From positions 1 to 18,865 of the forward strand of contig NW_021824474.1 in assembly GCF_006345805.1 (NCBI RefSeq): a stretch of DNA of 18,865 nt, in the 5' to 3' direction. The notes beneath the pieces were generated by a model, which searched no databases, was not told the origin of the DNA, and saw only the letters and a program-made list of their open reading frames with translations. Source of the DNA: Octopus sinensis. Its lineage: Eukaryota. Positions 1 to 8,580 of the stretch are shown piece after piece (positions within the stretch are counted from its first letter, which is position 1; every line of letters starts with the position of its first letter). The translations under genes were made by a program, and so were the position numbers.

Positions 1-662
1 GAGTCTTTTGTTCACTCATATATCATATGTTACGGTGTTTGCTTGATCAAGGTTTTAGATATCGGTAGTAGCAAAATCCCATCTATATTTGGTGATCAAA
101 CTTTCAAGTAGTGAAGGAAACGCCTCTGTCGGGGAGATTTTTTCAAGTTTTCTACAACTTTTTATATAAATATATAAAAAAAACCTGCCTGTTCGTCGTT
201 ATTCTGTCAATTCTTTACTTTTAGTTTGATTTTCCTTTCGTTATTTTGACTTTTGTTTCTTTTTTGCCTGTATTCCCTCTTTTAATTTTTATATATTTTT
301 TTTCTATTTTATTTTGCTCCTCTTTTACTTTTGGTCATATCGAAAAAAACAGATATATCGATTTCTTAGTTAGGCTTAGTTAGGTCACAATTTTGCGAAG
401 GAATACCATGAATGTGATTATGTGACGTTCACGGTAATTTTTTTTTCTTAACCGTATTAGCAATGTAATAGCGATGAAACGATTCCAAACTTTTGCTTCC
501 ACCTTCTTCAACCATTCGAAACCGGATCGTCGAATTGGCTCATCTGTATCAGTCGATTCATTTTGAATCAGAACAAAAGCCGTATATTTCAAAGCAGATA
601 AAAAAAAATAGAAAATATGGTTATCACACTTTCATATTATATTCAGTTATATTCGTTTATAA

Positions 663-1052
663 TATTGGCACAAGGCCAGCAATAGTGAGAGAAAGGGAGT
701 AAGTCGATTAGATCCACTCCGGTACTCAACTGGGGTTTATTTTATCGACCCTTAAATGATGAAGAGCAAAGTCGACCTCGGCGAAATTTGAACTCAAAAC
801 TTTGCAGTAGACGAAATACCTATTTTTTTACTACCCACAAGGGACTAAACACAGAGAGGACACACAAGGACAGACAAGCGGATTAAGTCGATTATATCGA
901 CCCCAGTGCGTAACTGGTATTTATTTAATCGACCCCGAAAGGATGAAAGGCAAAGTCGACCTCGGCGGAATTTGAACTCAAAACGTAACGGATGACGAAA
1001 TACCGCTAAGCATTTCGCCCGGCATGCTAACGGTTCTGCCAGCTCGCCGACT
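663..1052 (-). mobile_element. tRNA-derived SINE family A, dimer 1 (full monomer 821-1052 plus head-truncated monomer 663-820)
   Basis: The minus strand reads GGCGAGCTGGCAGAACCGTTAGC (A-box-like) ... TGAGTTCAAATTCCGCCGAGG (B-box), then the body GTCGACTTTGCCTTTCATCCTTTCGGGGTCGAT. The same body recurs about 10 times in the window. Monomer junction GAAATACC|TATTT at 820/821. Confidence 0.9.
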
Positions 1053-1065
1053 TACAAGTTCATTA

Positions 1066-1433
1066 ATATTCTTTTCTACTCTAGGCACAAGGCCCGAAAT
1101 TTTGGAGGAGGGAGCCAGTCTATTAGATCGACCCCAGTACGCAACTGGTACTTAATTTATCGACCTCGGCAGAATTTGAACTCAGAATGTTGCGGTAGAC
1201 GAAATACCTATTTCTTTACTACCCACAAGGGGCTAAACACAGAGAGGACAAACAAGGACAGACAAGCGGATTAAGTCGATTATATCGACCCCAGTGCGTA
1301 ACTGGTATTTATCTAATCGACCCCGAAAGGATGAAAGGCAATGTCAACCTCGGCGGAATTTGAACTCAGAACGTAGCGGCAGACGAAATACCGCAAAGCA
1401 TTTCGCCCGGCGTGCTAACACTTCTGCCAACTC
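1066..1433 (-). mobile_element. SINE family A, dimer 2 (full monomer 1209-1433 plus truncated monomer 1066-1208)
   Basis: Same architecture as 663-1052, with the junction at 1208/1209. The left monomer lacks the segment between two TCGACC direct repeats. Confidence 0.9.
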
Positions 1434-1699
1434 ATTCATATTATCAGTCCTTTGGTATTGTACAGTTTTTCTTTGTTATATAATCCTTCTCTCTCATCTT
1501 CATTACTTCTTCAGTGTGGAATAATTCTATCTCAGACGAATATAAAGTTAGAAAAACTACTTTTGTAAAAATAAATTTTTTAAGAAAAACGGGGAACTGT
1601 GACAACTACGACTTCCTGAAACGCCATATTATCTCGTTTGCGATTGGCATCAAGCGCTGAAAACATCCTTCAATTGCAAAAATTTCTGTTAATTGTCCC

Positions 1700-1852
1700 C
1701 AAGATACCAGTCTGCGTGTAACTCATTTTCGGCTGAGCGGCCTGGACTAATATGGATATGAAGTGTCTTGACAAGAGCACATTTGTCCGATCCAGGAATC
1801 GAACTACAACCTTACGATCATAGGTCAAACGGCCTGACCACTTAGTAACTCC
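1700..1852 (-). mobile_element. Degenerate tRNA/CORE-type SINE, family B
   Basis: The minus strand has TAAGTGGTCAGG...GTAGTTCGATTCCTGG...CTTGTCAAGACACTTCAT...CTCAGCCGAAAATGAG, which aligns by eye with the intact copy at 5880-6205. Confidence 0.65.
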
Positions 1853-1989
1853 TCGTTACTCCAAGAGAATTAATCGAAGTTTATCATAAGCTTCGACCAA
1901 GGATCGAACCAGCTCTGAGAATCGGTTTATTTGTAGTGTGCTTAGCCGTCACTCACAAACGAGTATGGCTGGGTGGCATTTACTATGCG

Positions 1990-2255
1990 TTCGCTAATTG
2001 CATTTGGGGTTTATATGGTCACAAGCAGACACGGACGCCTCTTTGGTCTTCCCATCCTTGACTGGCCAGAACATTGAGAATGTGACCGCGAGAAGGAAAG
2101 TGAGCAGCACCAACGTTAGGCTAATAGCTGAGGAGGCGACAGCAAAGTGGAATGAAGTGACTTGCTCGAGGTCACAATGTGCCGCGTGGTCTGGAAACCG
2201 AATCCATGACATTACGATAGGGATTCGAACAACTTAACCACTGGGCCACATACCT
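1990..2255 (-). mobile_element. Degenerate tRNA/CORE-type SINE (family B-related subfamily)
   Basis: Head TGGCCCAGTGGTTAAG and CORE-like TGTGACCTCGAGCAAGTCACTT. The 3' part (TGGTGCTGCTCACTTTCC...GTCACATTCTCAATG) resembles 13830-13880. The tail boundary is approximate. Confidence 0.6.
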
Positions 2256-2455
2256 AAAAGAAGGGAGACTATATTTTAGGTGAGGGGAAATTAGAGAAGT
2301 TTAACTTTCATGCTCGATTCCTAAGAGAAAACCTTACCTTAACATTGTAAAGGAAACGGAATGTCTTCACCTGGGAATCGAAACTGCGTCAAAGTTTCGG
2401 TTTTCCCTAAGTATTATCATGTAACTAAAACTTTATTCCATCTTCGAAATAAGGG

Positions 2456-2671
2456 ATATTGGTTTCAAACTTAAGCACAAGGCCAGCAATTTCCGTGGTT
2501 GTGGTGGTAAGTCGATTATATCAACCCCAGTGCTCCACTGGTACCTATTTAATCGACTCCGAAGAGATAGAAGCCAAAGTCGACCTCGGCGAAATTTGAA
2601 CTCAGAACACAAAGACAGACGAAATGCTACTAAGCATTTTACCCGGGGAATTAACGATTCTGCCATCTCGC
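2456..2671 (-). mobile_element. SINE family A monomer (tail type 1), diverged
   Basis: Full head-body-tail match to the other A copies. Possible degenerate TSD gaaataagggatatt (2446-2460) / gaatcatgagatatt (2675-2689), 11 of 15 identical. Confidence 0.88.
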
Positions 2672-2734
2672 AAAGAATCATGAGATATTTTGACAAGAAG
2701 TCTTGGAAGGTTGTGTAAGACGAGGAAGTCAGGA

Positions 2735-2900
2735 AAAAGGGAAAGTCAGGGTAGAAAGAGAAGTGCTGCTCCCGAGAAATTTTGTCGAACTTGGCAAGAA
2801 TGGTACAAGTGGACGGAACTACTCTAAACATGGACCTGTAGAGAGTGTGAAGAGGCATTTACCCCAGTGTTCAAGGCCTCCGTGGTTTTATGGCAGCCTT
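2735..2900 (+). mobile_element. Possible decayed 3' end of a LINE ORF2 (L1/Tx1-like)
   Basis: Purine-rich, coding-like segment KGKVRVEREVLLPRNFVE, then after a frameshift LARMVQVDGTTLNMDL*. It resembles, from memory only, a common octopus LINE terminus. Needs a repeat-library search. Confidence 0.35.
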
Positions 2901-3006
2901 AAGTAGCCCCTTTTGGGAAATTATTCATTGTTAAAATACATATCTTTTGTAATCTTTTATCGCCTTACACGCCTTTTATGTAACCCCACATTGTATTATC
3001 TTATAC

Positions 3007-3190
3007 CAGTGGTTTTCAACCAGGCTTCCGCCAGTACAGTCCAGGGGTTCCGCAAGAAGTTACAAAACTGCTAAAATCGGCAGTAATTTTTAATTCTCCT
3101 GTGCAGATATGTGTACATAAGACTATTAAATTATTGCACAGGGGTTGATTCCTTGGGGTTCCGCTCCAGTAAAATGTTTGAAAAGCACTG
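3007..3190. mobile_element. hAT-superfamily (Charlie-like) MITE, 184 bp
   Basis: TIRs CAGTGGTTTTCAAC ... TTTGAAAAGCACTG. 8-bp TSD tcttatac (2999-3006) / tcctatac (3191-3198), 7 of 8 identical. Internal GGGGTTCCGC repeats at 3044 and 3155. Confidence 0.88.
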
Positions 3191-3251
3191 TCCTATACTG
3201 TCCCCAACGTTTTTTCTCAACCCTTAATGGTTAATAAAGAAAGCATTATCA

Positions 3252-3698
3252 AGAGAGCAATATATGCCATCAAAGTGACACTGGGGTACAAATATACGAA
3301 GCCTAGCACGCGACATGGTGATCTTATATGAAGACAAACAGCGCATGACCTTGCAGTTAGGGCCCAGTTAGAATTTCCTTCAGGTTGTGTAGGCCATCCC
3401 GCTCAAACAGCCCCCTGAATATGGTTTGTTTAAGGATGTTGAACGAAACACCTATGTTTCCAGAGGTGAACTATTCAAACACCAAAGAATTCCTTTCAAC
3501 ACACGGTTATGATACACCCCCACCCCCACTGCTTCTGCCCGTGATCATAGATGCATATATCGTCAGCCACTAAGGGACATGCTCAACTGGTTAAGGTCAA
3601 GCAACTCACAAGCAAATCTGTGGTATTGAGCAGAATATTTGCTGTAGCCCATCTTTTATAAGAAGACAAAACAATGTACATGATAACACTTCCAACCA
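3252..3698 (-). mobile_element. Interspersed repeat family D, copy 1 (probable 3' UTR of a non-LTR retrotransposon)
   Basis: Highly similar to 4608-5075. The two copies share the left (3') end and differ at the right (5') end. This copy has an internal deletion of about 65 bp near 3305. Confidence 0.75.
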
Positions 3699-3704
3699 AT
3701 GAAA

Positions 3705-3777
3705 ATTTATTACTATTATTATCATTATTATTATTATTGTTATTGTTATTATTACTATTATTATTATTATTATTATC

Positions 3778-3808
<31 letters not shown>

Positions 3809-3823
3809 TATTATTATTATTAT

Positions 3824-3884
<61 letters not shown>
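3705..3884. repeat. Compound microsatellite (TAT)n-(CAT)n-(TAT)n-(TAG)n
   Basis: Directly visible. Confidence 0.97.
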
Positions 3885-3885
<1 letters not shown>

Positions 3886-4084
3886 CATAGGCGGCGAGCT
3901 GGTTGAATCGTTTGCACGCCGGGTAAAATGCTTAGCGGCATTTCGCTTTGTACCAAAATTTGAAATTATTATTAGTAGTAGTAGTAGTAGTAGTAGTAGT
4001 ACATAGGCGGCGAGCTGGTTGAATCGTTTGCACGCCGGGTAAAATGCTTAGCGGCATTTCGCTTTGTACCAAAATTTGAAATTA
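3885..4084 (+). mobile_element. Two identical internally deleted SINE-A mini-copies in a 116-bp tandem duplication
   Basis: ACATAGGCGGCGAGCTGGTTGAATCG...GGCATTTCG fused directly to the tail CTTTGTACCAAAATTTGAAA, starting at 3885 and again at 4001. The copies are separated by (TAT)n(TAG)n. Confidence 0.85.
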
Positions 4085-4090
4085 TTATTA

Positions 4091-4151
<61 letters not shown>
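4085..4151. repeat. (TAT)n microsatellite
   Basis: Directly visible. Confidence 0.97.
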
Positions 4152-4156
<5 letters not shown>

Positions 4157-4430
4157 TGTTGTATCTGGAGAGAGTCGTTCTCTTTTAGGACCTTGAATTT
4201 TACACGCTAACCGGTAAAATTTCCACTTATTTCTTTTTTTATTTCTACAATTTTCCTTTGCGTCTTGCAACCTTTTCAGTAATTTTGAGTCAAAAACTAT
4301 TGAAAAGGTTGCAAGACGCAACGAAAATTTTAGAAGAATAGAAATAAGAAATAAGTGGAAATTTTAGCGGTGAGTGTGTTAAATTATAAGGCACCAAAAG
4401 AGAATGACTCTCCCGAGACACAACAGAATA
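4152..4430. mobile_element. Foldback / palindromic MITE, about 279 bp
   Basis: TATTCTGTTGTATCTGGAGAGAGTC... is the reverse complement of ...GACTCTCCCGAGACACAACAGAATA. The arms pair, with scattered mismatches, up to a 1-nt centre (TTTTGA-G-TCAAAA, centre 4289). TA at both ends. Confidence 0.88.
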
Positions 4431-4483
4431 TGCATTAACACACGAACTCACATAAAAATCTTACAAACCAAATCCCAAAACGA

Positions 4484-4514
4484 AATAATACTAATAATAA
4501 TAATAATAATAATA

Positions 4515-4573
<59 letters not shown>

Positions 4574-4607
4574 TACTACTATTATTATTATTATTATTAT
4601 TGTTATT
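4484..4607. repeat. (TAA)n switching to (TAT)n microsatellite
   Basis: Directly visible; strand switch near 4516. Confidence 0.95.
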
Positions 4608-5075
4608 GAGTGAGAGAGCAGTTCATGCCATCAAAGTGACACTGAGTAAAATATACGAAGCCCATATACCCATCATGACTACCCGTCTGATAAGGGTCCA
4701 CCAGGCACATGCATCACAACCATATGTGCGCGACATGTGGTGATCTCATATCAAGATAAACACAATGACCTTGCAGGTGGGGCCCAGTTAGAATTTTCTT
4801 CAGGTTGAGTAGCCCATCCCGCTCAAAAAGTCCCTGAATAAGGGTTGTTTAAGGATGTTGAAAGAACCACCCATGTTTCCAAGGGTGAACTATTCAAACC
4901 CCAAAGAATTCCTCTCAACACATGGCTATGATGCTCCCCCACTACTTCTGCTCGTGATCAGAGATGCACATATTGTCAGCCACTAAGGGACATGCTCAAC
5001 TGGTTAAAGTCACACAACTGCCAAGCAAATCTATGGTATTGAGCAGAATATTTGCTGTAGCCCATCTTTTATACC
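4608..5075 (-). mobile_element. Interspersed repeat family D, copy 2 (probable non-LTR 3' UTR)
   Basis: On the minus strand it ends ...CTGCTCTCTCACTC followed by (AAT)n, and it is embedded in (TAT)n on both sides. It is 5'-truncated relative to copy 1. Confidence 0.78.
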
Positions 5076-5234
5076 ATTATTATTAATTATTATTATTATC
5101 ATTATCATTAATTATTATTATTATTATTACTATTATTAATTTATTATATTTTATTATTATTAATTATTATTATTATTGTTATTATTATTATCATTATCAT
5201 CATCATCAGTATTATTATTATTATTATATTATTC

Positions 5235-5266
<32 letters not shown>

Positions 5267-5288
5267 GTTATTATTATTATTATCATCA

Positions 5289-5319
<31 letters not shown>

Positions 5320-5426
5320 AATTATTATTATTATTATCATCATTATTATTATTATTATTATTATATTGTTATTATTATTATTAATTATCATCATCATTAT
5401 ATTATTATTATTATCATCATCATTCA

Positions 5427-5472
<46 letters not shown>
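5076..5472. repeat. Long imperfect (TAT)n/(CAT)n microsatellite
   Basis: Directly visible. Confidence 0.97.
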
Positions 5473-5473
<1 letters not shown>

Positions 5474-5879
5474 TGTGAAAGGTCATTTTGCCAGAAGACC
5501 GTTTCTTTTGACATGGTACATTATAAACAAACGGATTTCATGATTGTTGTTTCCCGTTGCTCAAAACGGTGGGTTAGCTGTTGTTTTTGCTGTTGTTACA
5601 ATCGGATTTTTCTAATTTTTTTTTACAGAAAGATTTTGACTAAATTAAATCATGTATGTCTTTGCATCTAACACCTTTTTTTGCTGCATTAATCTTATTT
5701 ATTTCATACGAAATCTCAATTCCTAACCAGTGGACCCAAAATTCACAGATTCCATAAAACAACCTAAATGTCGCGTTAAAACACCTGGTAGATAGTAATA
5801 TTCTTGATAAATATTCCAGCGACAAACGTTCGGTTTAGACCAGTCCAAACTACGATGGAAAGTGAAGAATTGTTAAACC

Positions 5880-6205
5880 TGAGCCTGTGACCCCCTTCAC
5901 TCACGACACTGACCATGGGATTGCACCTAGAAAGTTACACTCCCAGGCACAAGTCCGGGCAAGGTTGTTTATGGGAAACCAGCAGTCACCCATGCATACC
6001 AGACTCCCCTCTCCACGCCACCAGTGTTATCCAAGGGAAAGACACCGATGACGTCGCAGCTCATTTCTACAGCTGAGTGAACTGGAGCAACGTGAAATAA
6101 AGTGTCTTGCTCAAGAACACAACACGCAGCTCGGTCCGGGATTCGAGCTCACAACCTCACGATCGTAAGCTCGACGCTCTAACCACTGAGCCATGCGCCT
6201 TCACC
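5880..6205 (-). mobile_element. Full-length tRNA-derived CORE-type SINE, family B, with 9-bp TSD
   Basis: Minus strand: GGCGCATGGCTCAGTGGTTAGAGCG (A box) ... GAGCTCGAATCCCGG (B box), CORE-like TGTGTTCTTGAGCAAGACACTT, then CACTCAGCTGTAGAAATGAG. Perfect TSD tgttaaacc at 5871-5879 and 6206-6214. Confidence 0.9.
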
Positions 6206-6699
6206 TGTTAAACCATTAGCTACATAAATACGCCATTAGCATCTGCCTAACCTCCCCAGCGCCGCACCAATAGCCGTGTAAAATAGAAGAGAGTTATTTT
6301 TTTTGTTCTAGTCTCAGAATAACCTTTTCAAACGCTTATCTATTTCACCATATTAACTAAATTCTATGACTTTTGTAGTTTTACATCTTTATCTCGTACG
6401 ACTCTGCGCTCAATATTCTTGGATCAACAATTTGTCTTCTTGTTTTGTCCTTTGATTCCTTTTTCGTAATATTCTCAGAATTCTTCATAAACAATAGAAA
6501 TGCTACGAATTAAATTTGGCATGGGACATTAAAAATGGTCAACTTGCCGCAACAGTGAATCACGCTATATTAAAAAGGAAAGAAGTTGTCCCATTTACAT
6601 TTTCACTTAGATGATGGTGGCTTTCTTTTAGCAGAAGACAAAAAATACAAGAAGTTTTTCTTCAAACCATTTTTCACCCCCACCGCCCCTCCTCCTCCT

Positions 6700-6867
6700 C
6701 ATCTCTCTCTCTTTATCTTTCTCTCTCTTCCTCTCTCTCTCTCCTCTCTCTCTCTTTATCTATCATTATATCTATCCGTCTGTCGCTATCTCTGTCTCCC
6801 TCTGTCTCTTTATCTATCTCACTATCTATCCATTTCTCTCTCACGAGCTTTCTTTCTCTCTCTCTCT

Positions 6868-6916
<49 letters not shown>

Positions 6917-6918
6917 CT
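6700..6918. repeat. (CT)n-rich polypyrimidine microsatellite
   Basis: Directly visible. Confidence 0.95.
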
Positions 6919-7220
6919 ATGTTAATCGAGTTATCTTGGATGTCTTCAATCACTTTATATGCCTGTAATCAATACACTTTTGTTGTTTACCGAAAGCTAA
7001 GCAGATCAGGGAAAGTACCCACCGTCCCTACCACCACCACCACCATCCACCATCATCCTCCCGCCGCCGCCTCCGCCACCGTCCCTTAATAGCTTCTGCT
7101 GGAACTCTCTGTTCTTTCAAATACTTCCTCTGTCTTTTAATTTACTTCGTTCTTGCATTTGATCTGCGAACGCTTTCACTTCTCGCTCCTCTGTTCTTCG
7201 CCATTGCGAGCAGAAACGAC

Positions 7221-7391
7221 ATGGACTTCGATTTTAACAATGCGACAACGGCGACCATCGCCACCGTCGCCGCCGCCGCCGCCGCCACCACCACCACCAC
7301 CACCACTACTCCACGGCGTCAAAACAACAACAACAATAACAACAGCGAGTACAAATGTAACAAATACAAAAGGCAGGGACTATTCCAATAA
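7221..7391 (+). CDS. Candidate 56-aa small ORF / uORF (MDFDFNNATTATIATVAAAAAATTTTTTTTPRRQNNNNNNNSEYKCNKYKRQGLFQ)
   Basis: ATG in strong context (gacATGG), 7 nt after a pyrimidine tract plus GAGCAG acceptor-like site (7208-7213). Low complexity; no homology recognised. Confidence 0.2.
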   Translation: MDFDFNNATTATIATVAAAAAATTTTTTTTPRRQNNNNNNNSEYKCNKYKRQGLFQ

Positions 7392-7469
7392 AACACAACA
7401 CGAAAATACTAACAACGACCACAAAAGCATAAACAGAATCACTTTTATTCTTAATAATAAAAACAAAGA

Positions 7470-7534
7470 AACAACAACATCAATAACAAGAACAACAATA
7501 ACAACAATAACAACAACAACAACAACAACAATAC

Positions 7535-7568
<34 letters not shown>

Positions 7569-7634
7569 TAATAATAATAATAATAATAATAATAGTAATA
7601 ATAATAATAATAGTAATAATAATAATAATAATAA
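7470..7634. repeat. (CAA)n-(TAA)n compound microsatellite
   Basis: Directly visible. Confidence 0.96.
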
Positions 7635-7718
7635 ATGACTTACTAGTAAATTAATGATCAAAAGTCGAGTGCCAACTCAGGAGATCCAAAGTGCCGCTGT
7701 TGTTATTGGTATTTTCAC

Positions 7719-7757
<39 letters not shown>

Positions 7758-7822
7758 CGTTGTTACTGCTGGGGTTTTTTTGTTTTTGTTATTTTTTTTC
7801 TGTTTTTTTTTTCTTTTTCTGA

Positions 7823-7890
7823 AGTGCGCGCACGTCAAGTCTCAAAGCAGCCGAGAACTAATTGACTAGAAAATAATTAATCTAATTGGT
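7823..7890. promoter_or_regulatory. Cluster of putative TF motifs (GTGCGCGCAC palindrome, CACGTCA CRE/ATF-like, TAATCTAATTG paired-homeodomain P3-like)
   Basis: Motif matches only, in unique CpG-containing sequence. Confidence 0.25.
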
Positions 7891-8147
7891 AATATAATAG
7901 AAGGAACAATTTCTGTTCAGTTAAAAACTACTTTGACTAAAGGAATCGTCCAGCAAGGAATATTGTCGATGAAAAGTGCTCAATGATGGCACGTTAATGT
8001 CGTCGTTCTTGCAAAGGTCAGGATTTCATATTGGAAAGCATTCAACATTTATAAGTGAGACAAATATTTATTAATGATGGTTTACATATTTCTTTATTAT
8101 ATCGTAACGTACATCCATCCATTTATACACATACACACACATATATA

Positions 8148-8192
<45 letters not shown>

Positions 8193-8202
8193 TATATATA
8201 TA

Positions 8203-8335
8203 CAGGGTGTCCCAAAAAAATGTATACACATAGTGTTTCGGCAAAAGAGAACGATAGAATAAGTACTAGGCTGAGACAAAGAATAACAAATTTACAATTA
8301 TTTAAGGTGTGTATACATTTTTGGGGGACACCCTG
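8203..8335. mobile_element. Tc1/mariner-type MITE, 133 bp, inserted in (TA)n
   Basis: TIRs of about 28 bp, CAGGGTGTCCCAAAAAAATGTATACACA / TGTGTATACATTTTTGGGGGACACCCTG, flanked by TA on both sides. Confidence 0.9.
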
Positions 8336-8359
8336 TATATGTATATATGCATAGGCATA

Positions 8360-8395
<36 letters not shown>

Positions 8396-8416
8396 TATAT
8401 ATATATATATATATAT

Positions 8417-8452
<36 letters not shown>

Positions 8453-8498
8453 TAGAGATAGATAGATAGATAGATACATACATACATACATACATACA

Positions 8499-8532
<34 letters not shown>

Positions 8533-8575
8533 ATATATATATACATATGTATATATATATATATACATATAAACA
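8336..8575. repeat. Compound (TA)n-(GATA)n-(TACA)n microsatellite
   Basis: Directly visible. Confidence 0.97.
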
Positions 8576-8580
8576 CACGC

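Noticed and set aside
365-384. CTTAGTTAGG x2 as an interstitial telomere repeat
   Set aside because: Too short, and not (TTAGGG)n.
1294-1524. Recurring peptide RNWYL..RPRKDERQSRPRRNLNSER (also 2530, 12152, 18289)
   Set aside because: It is the antisense translation of SINE-A copies; frames are broken differently in each copy.
2370-2400. CGAAACTGCGTC hairpin resembling hammerhead stem III
   Set aside because: No CTGANGA box nearby; better explained as the antisense B box of an old SINE head.
3885-4084. Repeat-spacer pattern as a CRISPR-like array
   Set aside because: Only two units, the spacer is a microsatellite, and the context is eukaryotic.
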